A stretch of DNA of 64,000 nt from an uncultured bacterium (GTDB lineage: Bacteria; UBA8481). Shown here piece by piece: positions 40,643-49,612 of the stretch. Every line of letters begins with the position of its first letter. Within the stretch, counting starts at the first letter, position 1. A program made the position numbers and the translations under genes. The notes below the pieces were generated by a model that saw only the letters and a list, made by a program, of their open reading frames with translations, was not told where the DNA came from and searched no databases. Location: the NCBI GenBank assembly GCA_964499705.1, contig CAZCME010000005.1, positions 1 through 64,000 of the forward strand, read 5' to 3'.

Positions 40643-41317
40643 TTGAGTAAGAAGCCCGTCAAGAGCGCGAAGGCAGCGCCGTCCAAGTCCAAACCTGCCC
40701 CGGGCAAATCGACTAAGCCCGCGGCCGCGAAGACAAAAACTCCTGATAAATCAAAAGGCGCTCCGCCTAAGAAGACGGTGGAAGTTCCCAAGGAGCCCGA
40801 GAAAAAAGCCGCGACCAAATCGTCCGCGAAGTTCAAACAGGGCGAGATGGTGGTCTATCCTTTCCACGGAGTCGGCGTCGTCAAATCCATCGAGAAGATG
40901 AACATTACCGGCGTGGACAAATGGTATTACACGCTCGATTTCCGAAACGGCGAGTTGACGGTCAAGTTGCCCGTGGAGCAGCAGGATGACAAGGGCATGC
41001 GCCGCGTCGTCGGGAAAGCCGACGTGGAGACGATCATGGTGATCCTCCGGAAGAAACCGCCCTCCGAGGAATCCGACTGGAAAGTCCGATACAACCAGTA
41101 CCTGGAGAAATTGAAGTCGGGCGACATTTACGAGGCTGCGAAAGTAGCCCGGAATCTCTCGAAGCGGGGTCCGGAAGGCGAGCTGTCGATGAGCGAGAAA
41201 CGGCTCCTCGAAGCATCCGTCCAGCTTCTCGTCCACGAGATCGCCACGGCATCCAGGGAGCCGATCGAGAAAGTCGAATCGGAGATCAGCAAGTGCCTGC
41301 GGGCAGGTCGCGCCTGA
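40643..41317 (+). CDS. carD: CarD family transcription factor with Lys/Ala/Pro-rich N-terminal extension
   Basis: GAGGAG RBS with TTG start; FKQGEMVVYPFHGVG, DWKVRY..KLKSGD; carD-PIN/TRAM-ispD-ispF-cysS synteny. Confidence 0.92.
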   Translation: MSKKPVKSAKAAPSKSKPAPGKSTKPAAAKTKTPDKSKGAPPKKTVEVPKEPEKKAATKSSAKFKQGEMVVYPFHGVGVVKSIEKMNITGVDKWYYTLDFRNGELTVKLPVEQQDDKGMRRVVGKADVETIMVILRKKPPSEESDWKVRYNQYLEKLKSGDIYEAAKVARNLSKRGPEGELSMSEKRLLEASVQLLVHEIATASREPIEKVESEISKCLRAGRA

Positions 41318-42165
41318 TGCGGCTGGGGGCACCTCTGGCACTCCTTCCGCTCATCGCGCTCCCCTACGTTCTCGCTCCCGCCGACAACCGCGCCGTCATC
41401 ATCATCGGCCTGGCGCTCTACATTATCGCCGTTCTCACTTGGTTCGTCAGCCGCATCGCCCTGGCGCTCGAAACGCGTCAGACGGCGGCGGAATCCAGGC
41501 CGGGCGAACCTGAAATCTCTCCCTCCATGCCTCATCTCAAGATCTGCGACACTTCCGTTCTCATCGACGGCCGGCTCGCGGACATGGCGCAGGCCGGTTT
41601 CGTGGACGGCGAGCTCGTGATCCCCCAGTTCATTCTCCGCGAGCTCCAGGGCATCGCCGATTCGTCCGAGCAGTTGAAACGGAACCGCGGGCGCCGCGGG
41701 CTCGACATCGTCAAGAGGCTCCAGGACATTCCCGACATCAAGGTTTCCATTCCCGCGAAGGACTTCCCGGAGGAACGCGAGGTCGATCACAAGTTGATGC
41801 TCCTCGCGAATGAAACCGGAGCCGCGCTCGTCACCAACGACTTCAACCTCAACAAGCTCGCGCGCGTCCGCTCGATCAAGGTTCTCAATCTCAACGACCT
41901 CGTGAACGCCCTGAAGACGATCTACCTTCCCGGCGAGGAGATCCAGATCACGGTCTCGCGCGCCGGCAAGGAAGCAGGCCAGGGAATCGCGTATCTTGAC
42001 GACGGCACCATGGTCGTCGTGGACTCCGGAGCCTCGCATGTCGGCCACCAGATCAAGGCCGTCGTCACCAACATCCACCAGACGACGGCCGGCCGGATGA
42101 TCTTCACGCGGTTCGAGGATGTCGTGTCCAAGAGAGGCCACACGGAAGATAAGAGCACTTCCTGA
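41317..42165 (+). CDS. PIN/TRAM domain membrane protein (YacL-like)
   Basis: DTSVLIDGR, RGRRGLD, TNDFNLNK, GIAYLDDGTMVVV, QTTAGRMIF. Confidence 0.92.
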   Translation: MRLGAPLALLPLIALPYVLAPADNRAVIIIGLALYIIAVLTWFVSRIALALETRQTAAESRPGEPEISPSMPHLKICDTSVLIDGRLADMAQAGFVDGELVIPQFILRELQGIADSSEQLKRNRGRRGLDIVKRLQDIPDIKVSIPAKDFPEEREVDHKLMLLANETGAALVTNDFNLNKLARVRSIKVLNLNDLVNALKTIYLPGEEIQITVSRAGKEAGQGIAYLDDGTMVVVDSGASHVGHQIKAVVTNIHQTTAGRMIFTRFEDVVSKRGHTEDKSTS

Positions 42166-42225
42166 TTAGATCTTAGATTGTAATACACTACGCTATTGAC
42201 GATGAGACCTTCCAGACCCGACCCC

Positions 42226-42906
42226 ATGACGACCGCCCGCGCCTCCTGGATTCTCCTTGCGGCCGGTTCCTCGACGAGATTCGGAAGAACAGGAGAGAAT
42301 CCCGCGCGAAGCAAGCTCCTGGAGTCCCTCGGCGCGGACCGCGTCATCGACGTGACGTTGCGGGCGCTGAAGAACGCGCTGCCCGGAGCGCGGATCATTC
42401 TCGTTTCCACACCGGAACTTCGGGACGAGATCGGCATGGAGTGCGCGTGGGTCAACGGCGGGCAGCGCCGGCAGGATTCGGCGCGCCACGGAATTCTCGC
42501 CGCGCGCGAGACCGACATCGCCCTGATTCATGACGCGGCCCGGCCATTCGTTACGCGCGAAATCGTCGACCGGCTGCGCGAAGCGCTTCGGGAGAACGAC
42601 GCGGCGGCTCCTGGAATCCCCGTCACCGACACGATCCGCAGGAGCAACAGCGGAGAATTCGAGACGCTGGATCGCTCTACGCTTCTCGCGATGCAGACGC
42701 CCCAGGCCGTCTGGATGGACGTTGCCGCTCCCGCGTTCGAAGCGTCGACCGGCCCGGAGGAATTCACCGACGACCTCGCCGTAATCGCGGCGTTCGGAGG
42801 CAGGATCGCCGTCACGAGGGGTGACAAGAGCAATATGAAGATCACGACGCGGGAAGATCTGCTTCATGCGGAGCGCATACTTGAAAACCTGAATCCTAAA
42901 TCCTAA
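42226..42906 (+). CDS. ispD: 2-C-methyl-D-erythritol 4-phosphate cytidylyltransferase
   Basis: LAAGSSTRFG, RQDS, IHDAARP, QTPQ, TDD, NMKITT. Confidence 0.93.
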   Translation: MTTARASWILLAAGSSTRFGRTGENPARSKLLESLGADRVIDVTLRALKNALPGARIILVSTPELRDEIGMECAWVNGGQRRQDSARHGILAARETDIALIHDAARPFVTREIVDRLREALRENDAAAPGIPVTDTIRRSNSGEFETLDRSTLLAMQTPQAVWMDVAAPAFEASTGPEEFTDDLAVIAAFGGRIAVTRGDKSNMKITTREDLLHAERILENLNPKS

Positions 42907-42965
42907 AGTCATCCTGCGGAGGACGATGTTGGGATTTGGGATTTGGGATTTGGGATTTGGGATTT
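42892..42965 (+). repeat. Heptamer tandem repeat (TTGGGAT)x5 with an upstream complementary arm
   Basis: 42929-42963 holds five perfect units; aatcctaaatcctaaa at 42892-42907 pairs with it using G-U wobbles. Confidence 0.85.
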
Positions 42966-43025
42966 CCAAGATTTTCCGGCCCATTTGGGATTTTATTTCC
43001 GTCCTTCCCGGAATATGCTCCCTTC

Positions 43026-43499
43026 ATGTCCTCTCTCCCCTTCCGCATCGGTTTCGGCTATGACTCGCACGGCGTCGACTCCTCGCGCCCGCTGGTCCTG
43101 GGCGGCGTCACGTTCGACGATTGCCCGGGGCTGAAGGGTCACTCCGACGCGGATGTTCTGACACACGCGATCATCGATGCAATTCTCTCGGCGGCGGGCC
43201 AGGGCGACATCGGCGAGAAATTTCCGGACACGGATCCGCGGTACAGGAACATCTCCAGCATGGAACTCCTGCGGCAGGCTTTGCCCGCGGGCTGGCTGAT
43301 TGCCCAGGTCGATGCGACCGTCGTCTGCGACAGGCCGAAGATCCTGCCCAACCGGGAACGGATCATCGGTTCGCTCCGGTCGGTGCTCGGTCCTGAACCC
43401 GCAATCTCCGTGAAGGGCAAGACGACGGAAGGGCTCGGAGCCCTCGGTCGAGGCGAGGGGATCGTCGCCTTCGCCGTCGCGCTTCTTTCCCGCGCATGA
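43026..43499 (+). CDS. ispF: 2-C-methyl-D-erythritol 2,4-cyclodiphosphate synthase
   Basis: RIGFGYDSH, GHSDADV..HAI.DA, GDIG..FPD, VKGKTTEGLG. Confidence 0.96.
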   Translation: MSSLPFRIGFGYDSHGVDSSRPLVLGGVTFDDCPGLKGHSDADVLTHAIIDAILSAAGQGDIGEKFPDTDPRYRNISSMELLRQALPAGWLIAQVDATVVCDRPKILPNRERIIGSLRSVLGPEPAISVKGKTTEGLGALGRGEGIVAFAVALLSRA

Positions 43500-44833
43500 C
43501 GAGCGCGGCGGTCTACAGCTCGCTCTCCCGGGTCGCGGAGTCGCTCCCCGATCCGCCGGCGCCGATCGGGATTTACACGTGCGGAGTCACTCCCTATGAC
43601 AGCCCCCACCTGGGCCACGCCCGCGCCGCCGTCATCTTCGACGCGTTCACCCGGTTTCTCCGCCATCGCGGCAACGCGGTCACCTACCTTCGGAACATCA
43701 CGGACATCGACGACAAGATCATCGAGCGTTCGGGCGGGGAGGATGTGAAGTCATTCGCGGAACGATACATCGGCGAGTATCATGCGATGGTCCGAGCGCT
43801 CGGTTGCCTTCCGCCGGACGGAGAACCGCGCGTCACGGACCACATGCCGGAGATCATCGCGCTCATCGGGCAGCTCGTCGCGAACGGCACGGCCTATGCC
43901 TCGCGGGGATCGGTCTATTTCTCGGTGCGCGCTTTTCCGCGGTATGGAAGCCTCTCGGGCCGTAATGTCGACGAGCTCCTCTCCGGCACGCGCCTCGATC
44001 CCGGCGACGAAAAACAGGATCCGCTCGATTTCGCTCTCTGGAAAGCCGAGAAGCCCGGCGAACCGTCGTGGTCGTCTCCCTGGGGTCCGGGCCGTCCGGG
44101 GTGGCACATCGAATGTTCCGCCATGGCGATGAAGTATCTCGGCGAGACGATCGATATCCACGGAGGCGGACAGGATCTCATCTTCCCGCATCACGAGAAT
44201 GAGCTGGCTCAGTCGGAAGCGGCCACGCGGAAGACATTCGCCCGCATCTGGATGCATAACGGGCTCATCACGCTGAAGTCGCAGAAGATGTCGAAGTCGC
44301 TCGGCAATGTCCTCTCCGTCACCGACCTCATCCGCGATCACGGCTCCCGCGTTCTCCGCTTCTACCTGTTGAACGCCCACTTCTCCAGCCCGCTCGACTT
44401 TTCGGAGGATCGGCTCCGGGAGACGAAGACGGCGCTCGACCGTTTCGCGACATTCCCGGTCGGCAGTGTGGAGTCCACGAGAGCCGGCCAAGGGCCTTCC
44501 GCGATCACCCACGACTTTCTCGCCGCCCTGGAGGACAACTTCAACACGGCGCGCGCCTTCGCCGTCCTCTTCGACGCGGTCGCGGCCGGCAATCGAGCCG
44601 ACGCTGCCGCGCGGGCAGGCATCGCGGCGGAAATCCGCGCGTGCGGAGAGATCATCGGCATGGAGCTCTTTCCGCCGCGGGAAACGGACGCCGGGATCGA
44701 ACGATTGATCGCGGAGCGGAACGCGGCGCGGGTCGCGCGCGACTTCAGAAAATCGGACGAGATCAGAAATCTCCTGTCGCAAAAAGGGGTCATTATCGAG
44801 GATACTGCCCAGGGAACACGATGGCGCAGATAG
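43496..44833 (+). CDS. cysS: Cysteine--tRNA ligase
   Basis: CGVTPY..HLGH, TDIDDKI, GRPGWHIECSAM, FPHHENE, KMSKS. Confidence 0.97.
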   Translation: MTSAAVYSSLSRVAESLPDPPAPIGIYTCGVTPYDSPHLGHARAAVIFDAFTRFLRHRGNAVTYLRNITDIDDKIIERSGGEDVKSFAERYIGEYHAMVRALGCLPPDGEPRVTDHMPEIIALIGQLVANGTAYASRGSVYFSVRAFPRYGSLSGRNVDELLSGTRLDPGDEKQDPLDFALWKAEKPGEPSWSSPWGPGRPGWHIECSAMAMKYLGETIDIHGGGQDLIFPHHENELAQSEAATRKTFARIWMHNGLITLKSQKMSKSLGNVLSVTDLIRDHGSRVLRFYLLNAHFSSPLDFSEDRLRETKTALDRFATFPVGSVESTRAGQGPSAITHDFLAALEDNFNTARAFAVLFDAVAAGNRADAAARAGIAAEIRACGEIIGMELFPPRETDAGIERLIAERNAARVARDFRKSDEIRNLLSQKGVIIEDTAQGTRWRR

Positions 44834-45624
44834 GACAGGTCCACTTCGACAACACCTCGCGACTGGCGGTGATCGCCGGGCCGTGCATGATCGAGGCAAC
44901 CGCGTACGAGACGGCGGTCCGGCTGAAGGAGGAAACATCGCGGCGTAACATCCCGTTCGTCTTCAAGGCGTCTTACGACAAGGCCAATCGCCAGTCGCTC
45001 TCCTCGGCCCGCGGCGTCGGACTCGATGAAGGCCTCGAGATCCTGAAGAAGATCAGGTCCGACCTGGATATCCCGGTGCTGACCGACATCCACCATCCCG
45101 AGGAAGCCATCGTCGCGTCGCTCGTCGTCGACTGCCTCCAGATTCCCGCGTTTCTCTGCCGCCAGACCGATCTCGTTGTCGCGGCGGCGCGCACCGGCAA
45201 GGCCGTCAACATCAAGAAGGGGCAGTTTCTCGCTCCCGGCCAGATGCTCTCGATCGTCTCCAAGGCGGCCGCATCCGGAGCCTCCGACATTCTCGTCACG
45301 GAACGCGGCGCGACATTCGGTTACAACGATCTCGTCTTCGATCCGCGGTCGCTGGCGATCATGAAGGATTTCGCTCCCGTCATCTTCGACGCGACGCACT
45401 CGGTTCAGAAGCCGGGCGCCGCCGGAGAGGGATCGGGCGGCGATCGGAAGTTCATTCCCGCCCTCGCGCGCGCGGCCGTGGCGGTCGGCATCGCCGGCGT
45501 CTTCATCGAGACGCATCCCGATCCGGCCAACGCTCTGTCGGACCGCGACACGCAGTGGCCTCTTGACCGGTTCGGCGATCTCCTCGACGAGCTCCTGCGC
45601 ATCGACGAAGCGGTGAAACGATGA
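44821..45624 (+). CDS. kdsA: KDO8P synthase (metal-dependent type)
   Basis: IAGPC, KASYDKANR, QIPAFLCRQTD, KKGQF, DATHSVQ. Confidence 0.96.
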   Translation: MAQIGQVHFDNTSRLAVIAGPCMIEATAYETAVRLKEETSRRNIPFVFKASYDKANRQSLSSARGVGLDEGLEILKKIRSDLDIPVLTDIHHPEEAIVASLVVDCLQIPAFLCRQTDLVVAAARTGKAVNIKKGQFLAPGQMLSIVSKAAASGASDILVTERGATFGYNDLVFDPRSLAIMKDFAPVIFDATHSVQKPGAAGEGSGGDRKFIPALARAAVAVGIAGVFIETHPDPANALSDRDTQWPLDRFGDLLDELLRIDEAVKR

Positions 45625-46604
45625 AAGATGAAATTCTCCAGACGGCACTTTCCGTATTCGATACGGAGATCGAAGCGCTTCAATCTGTCCGTTCCGCCTT
45701 GGCCGGTCAGGACGGATCCCCATCCTTCCGCGCGGCCGTCGAGGCGATCCTTGGTTGTCATGGCAAGGTGATCATCACGGGGCTCGGAAAGTCCGGAGCG
45801 ATCGGCCGGAAGATCGCCGCCACGCTTTCGTCAACGGGCACTCCTTCCGTCTTTGTGCATGCGACGGAAGGCGGTCACGGAGATCTCGGCATCATCGACC
45901 GCCGCGATCTCGTCATCGCCATCTCGTACTCGGGAGAGTCCGACGAGATGGCCCAGCTCCTTCCCGCAATCCAGCGCCTCGGCGTCACGCTCATCGCCAT
46001 CACCGGAGCCGCCCAGTCACTCCTGGCCCGTTCAGCCCGGATCGTCCTCTCCGTCATGGTCCCGAAAGAAGCCTGCCCGATGGGGCTCGCGCCCACATCG
46101 TCGACGACGGCCATGCTCGTCATGGGTGACGCGCTCGCGGTCGCGCTTTATGAAGCGCGAGGTTTCACACCCGAAGATTTCGCCTTCCGCCATCCCGGCG
46201 GAGCGCTCGGTCGGTCGCTGCTCTCCGTATCCGATCTGATGCATACGGGCGATGAACTTCCGAGGTGCCAGGAGACGGACGCACTGATTCTGGTCATCTT
46301 GGAAATGACGCGGAAGAAACTTGGAATGGCCTGCATCACCGACGGCGTTGGGAAGCTGACGGGCATCTTCACGGACGGCGATCTGCGCCGCCTTATTGAA
46401 AAGCATCCGGAAGGGCTGCTGAAGTTTTCCGCCGGAGAACTCATGTCGAAATCGCCGCGGACGATTTCTCCTGAAACCCTTGCCGTCCAGGCGTTGACGC
46501 TCATGGAATCACGCCGGATCACTTCGCTTGTCGTGGTCGATAAATCAACTCAACCCATGGGTGTAATCCACATTCACGACATCCTCCGATCCAAGGTCGT
46601 CTAA
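45621..46604 (+). CDS. kdsD: Arabinose-5-phosphate isomerase (KpsF/GutQ family)
   Basis: GLGKSG.IGRKIAAT, HGDLG, APTSST, HPGGALG, C-terminal CBS pair. Confidence 0.95.
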   Translation: MKDEILQTALSVFDTEIEALQSVRSALAGQDGSPSFRAAVEAILGCHGKVIITGLGKSGAIGRKIAATLSSTGTPSVFVHATEGGHGDLGIIDRRDLVIAISYSGESDEMAQLLPAIQRLGVTLIAITGAAQSLLARSARIVLSVMVPKEACPMGLAPTSSTTAMLVMGDALAVALYEARGFTPEDFAFRHPGGALGRSLLSVSDLMHTGDELPRCQETDALILVILEMTRKKLGMACITDGVGKLTGIFTDGDLRRLIEKHPEGLLKFSAGELMSKSPRTISPETLAVQALTLMESRRITSLVVVDKSTQPMGVIHIHDILRSKVV

Positions 46605-46636
46605 ACCAAAACGCGCCCTGTTCCAAGTCATTTTCC

Positions 46637-46685
46637 TGCATCAAAAAGCGCACAATAATAATGCGCCTAGCACTTTATCTGTGCT
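46637..46685. promoter_or_regulatory. Candidate enhancer-binding-protein sites
   Basis: GCGCA-caataataa-TGCGC (46648-46666) and AGCAC-tttatct-GTGCT (46669-46685) resemble the NtrC-type TGCAC-N7-GTGCA site. Confidence 0.5.
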
Positions 46686-46715
46686 GTTTATCACTGCAAG
46701 TGCTACAATCTCAAT

Positions 46716-46731
46716 TGGCATGACGAGTGCA
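46716..46731 (+). promoter_or_regulatory. Sigma54 (-24/-12) promoter
   Basis: TGGCATGACGAGTGCA versus consensus TGGCACG-N4-TTGCA, with correct GG/GC spacing. Confidence 0.75.
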
Positions 46732-46778
46732 GTTATGAAGGACTGAACCGACGTAAAAGTCGGAAGGAGGATTCAGTC

Positions 46779-47495
46779 ATGAAGGATTCGGTCATCAACA
46801 AGGGAACCATCATCGCCGCGATCATCGGTGCGCTCGTCGCGATCACTTTGCACCAGTCCGCCGATCTGCTTTTCGCCACGGAGACCGACACTGCTGCCGT
46901 GCAGGATACATCCGCTCTGTCAGCATCTTCCACAGCGAGCCGCGCGACGCGTGCCAGAGCATTGACATCGTCCAGCATCTCGACAGGGACACAGAATGTC
47001 ATCCCGGCCGGATCGACCGTGAAGGTCAAGATCGTGACGCACATCTCCTCCAGGAATGCCAAGGCGGGCGACCGCGTTGAAGCGGTGACGACGGAAGCGA
47101 TCCAGGTGGGCGATCGCGTCATTCCCGCGGGATCGTCGGTAACAGGCTATGTCTCGAAAGTCAGGCCCGCGGCCGAGACGAGATCCGCGGCGGAACTGGA
47201 AGTCGTCTTCACGCGGTTTGCCGGATACCCGGTTCGGCTCGCGCTGATCTCGCCTGATCTTGACGCACGCGCGGCCGCCGCGAATCGCGCGGTGGACGTC
47301 GCGCTCGTCGCGGGCGGCGCATTGACGGGCGGAGTCATCGGCCACCAGGTCGACCATAAGAAAGGATCCACGATCGGAGCGCTGGGGGGAGCTCTCGCCG
47401 GTGCGGCTGCAGCGGCCAACATCGGCGCGAACGTTCAGTTGAAAGCGGGCGAAACCGCGACGCTCCGGTTCGAACAAAGCCTCGCTCTTTCCTAG
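46779..47495 (+). CDS. Exported protein with TrbI-like beta domain and glycine zipper
   Basis: GGAGG RBS; N-terminal TM; IPAGS..ISS..AKAGD..IPAGS; GGALTGGVIG..GALGGALAGA. Confidence 0.7.
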   Translation: MKDSVINKGTIIAAIIGALVAITLHQSADLLFATETDTAAVQDTSALSASSTASRATRARALTSSSISTGTQNVIPAGSTVKVKIVTHISSRNAKAGDRVEAVTTEAIQVGDRVIPAGSSVTGYVSKVRPAAETRSAAELEVVFTRFAGYPVRLALISPDLDARAAAANRAVDVALVAGGALTGGVIGHQVDHKKGSTIGALGGALAGAAAAANIGANVQLKAGETATLRFEQSLALS

Positions 47496-47511
47496 GAGGC
47501 GCAACAAGGGG

Positions 47512-47543
47512 GGCGGCCCCGCCCGCAGCGGAGCGGGGCCGCC
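47512..47543. other. GC-rich intergenic hairpin without U-tract
   Basis: GGCGGCCCCGC / GCGGGGCCGCC 11-bp stem. Confidence 0.6.
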
Positions 47544-47576
47544 ATGGGGACAAATAGAGGAAGTGAGGGATAGAAG

Positions 47577-48992
47577 ATGCCAAGAGTTTTACTTATCGAC
47601 GACGATCCGCAGGATCTGGAAATTCTGACGGAACAGCTTCGCGCTCTGGGATCGGTGCCGGTCACGGCCCGACGCCTCGACGACGCCTTGAAGATCCTGG
47701 ACGAGGACAACACCATCGATCTCCTGCTCGCGGACATCCACCTCCCCGACGGCATCGGCAGCGATCTCCTGGAAAAAACCAGCCTGCCCGTTTTTCTCAT
47801 CACGGCGCACGCCGAGATCGAGGAAGCGGTCGAAGCCATGCGGCGTGGAGCGTTCCACTATTTCACGAAGCCCGTGCGAGCGGAGGAACTGGGCGTCATT
47901 CTCGATCGGGCGACGCGCTGGACGGAGAGCATGCGCGAGCTGGATCGACTGCGCACGCTCCACGCCGGCGGCGACGAGGAGCAATTCGTCGCGAAGTCCG
48001 CGGCGATGCGATCGGTCGTCGAGACGGCGCGCGCCACGGCCATGACCGACGCCTCCATTCTCATTCTCGGGGAGTCGGGCACCGGAAAGGAAATCCTCTC
48101 GCGCGCCATCCACCGGAATTCTTCCCGCTCACAGGCGCCGTTCGTGGCGGTCAACTGCGGCGCGATTCCCGCCACGCTCCTGGAGAGCGAATTCTTCGGC
48201 CATGAGCGGGGCGCATTCACGGGCGCCCACGAAAGGCGCATCGGCAAGATCGAGCGTGCCCAGGGGGGAACGCTCTTCCTCGATGAAATCGGAACGCTCC
48301 CTGTCGACCTCCAGACGCGTCTCCTGCGCGTGATCCAGGACCGCGAAGTCGAACGCCTCGGCGGCAAGTCTCCGATCAAGGTTGATTTCCGCCTCATCTG
48401 CGCGACGAATACCGATCTCACGAAGGCCATTCGCGAAGGCGCCTTCCGGGAGGACCTGTTCTACCGCATCAATGTCATCCCGATCCGGATTCCTCCCCTG
48501 CGGGAAAGGAAGGAGGAAATCCCCGCGCTCGTGGCGCATTTTCTGAAGAGAAAAGACGCGGCGCTCGTCTCGATTCATCCCGACGTTCTGGACCGTCTCA
48601 TGAACTACGACTGGCCCGGAAACATCCGGGAACTGGAGAACATCGTCGAACGGCTCCTCGTGCTTTCGAGGCGGGAGAAGATTCTTCCGAAGCACCTTCC
48701 GGAGGAATTTCGCTCCGGCCCATCCCGGATGCGCGAGCCGGCGGAGGCGGGAGACGAGGAAGTCTTTCCGACGCTCGATGTCATCAAGCGGGAACACGTT
48801 CTCCGCGCGCTCCGCCGCACCGGAGGCCGCCGCGAAGAAGCCGCGCACCTGCTGGGGCTCCATCGCAACACCCTGCGGGGCATCATCGCGCGGTTCGATC
48901 TGGAAAAAGAGCTGGAGCATCCGCTCATGCGTTCCGGATCTCTTCGTCACGATTCAGGGAGATCGCTGGCCTCCAAGGCTGTCGCGTCGTGA
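47577..48992 (+). CDS. Sigma54-dependent response regulator (REC-AAA+-HTH, NtrC family)
   Basis: LIDDD, GESGTGKE, GAFTGA, LFLDEIG, WPGNIRELEN, Fis-type HTH. Confidence 0.95.
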   Translation: MPRVLLIDDDPQDLEILTEQLRALGSVPVTARRLDDALKILDEDNTIDLLLADIHLPDGIGSDLLEKTSLPVFLITAHAEIEEAVEAMRRGAFHYFTKPVRAEELGVILDRATRWTESMRELDRLRTLHAGGDEEQFVAKSAAMRSVVETARATAMTDASILILGESGTGKEILSRAIHRNSSRSQAPFVAVNCGAIPATLLESEFFGHERGAFTGAHERRIGKIERAQGGTLFLDEIGTLPVDLQTRLLRVIQDREVERLGGKSPIKVDFRLICATNTDLTKAIREGAFREDLFYRINVIPIRIPPLRERKEEIPALVAHFLKRKDAALVSIHPDVLDRLMNYDWPGNIRELENIVERLLVLSRREKILPKHLPEEFRSGPSRMREPAEAGDEEVFPTLDVIKREHVLRALRRTGGRREEAAHLLGLHRNTLRGIIARFDLEKELEHPLMRSGSLRHDSGRSLASKAVAS

Positions 48993-49612
48993 CGATCGGC
49001 GCGGCGGGAGAAACGCTCTCGCGGTGGATCCACGACCTGAAAGCGCCGGTCACCGCGGTGGAAGGATATACGCAGTTGCTCCTGCGGAGCGCCACTCCGC
49101 TCGATGAGAAGCAGCGTCGTTTCATCGAGGGCATCGGCGCGTCCTGCAAGGTGCTCTTCATTCTCATCGGGAACCTGAAACTGGAGCAGGAACTGGACCA
49201 GGACAACCTGCCGGCGCCGACCGAGTTCGGCGAGATCGACGACATCCTGCGGAGCACAGCCAGGCAACTGGAGCGGGCCTTCGCGTCGAAGAAGGCGGTC
49301 GTGCGCGTGACATGCTCCCCCGAGGCGCTTCGCGACAAATCCCTGAAGCGGGGAGCGGAATTCATCGAACGCACCGCGGCCAATCTCCTCGTGGCCGCCC
49401 TGCACACCAGCGATGAAGGCGCCGAAGTCACGCTCTCGGCGGATCGCGAAAACGGCGAGATCGTCATCGGACTAACCGCGACTCACGTGGCGCCCGGCGG
49501 CCCCGGCCGTGGATTCGAACTCTCGGCACGGCTCGCGGAAAAATGCGGCGGCCGGTCGGGCGTGGAGGACGGCCGGCTCTTCATCGCGTTTCCCGAGGAG
49601 ATATTCGCGTGA
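48989..49612 (+). CDS. Cytoplasmic HisKA protein with degenerate ATPase domain (putative histidine phosphotransferase)
   Basis: H-box HDLKAP intact; N-box NLLVAA lacks its second Asn; no DxGxG; no sensor domain. Confidence 0.7.
   Translation: MTIGAAGETLSRWIHDLKAPVTAVEGYTQLLLRSATPLDEKQRRFIEGIGASCKVLFILIGNLKLEQELDQDNLPAPTEFGEIDDILRSTARQLERAFASKKAVVRVTCSPEALRDKSLKRGAEFIERTAANLLVAALHTSDEGAEVTLSADRENGEIVIGLTATHVAPGGPGRGFELSARLAEKCGGRSGVEDGRLFIAFPEEIFA

Noticed and set aside
47512..47543. Intrinsic terminator
   Set aside because: Strong stem but no U-tract on either side; kept only as an unclassified hairpin.
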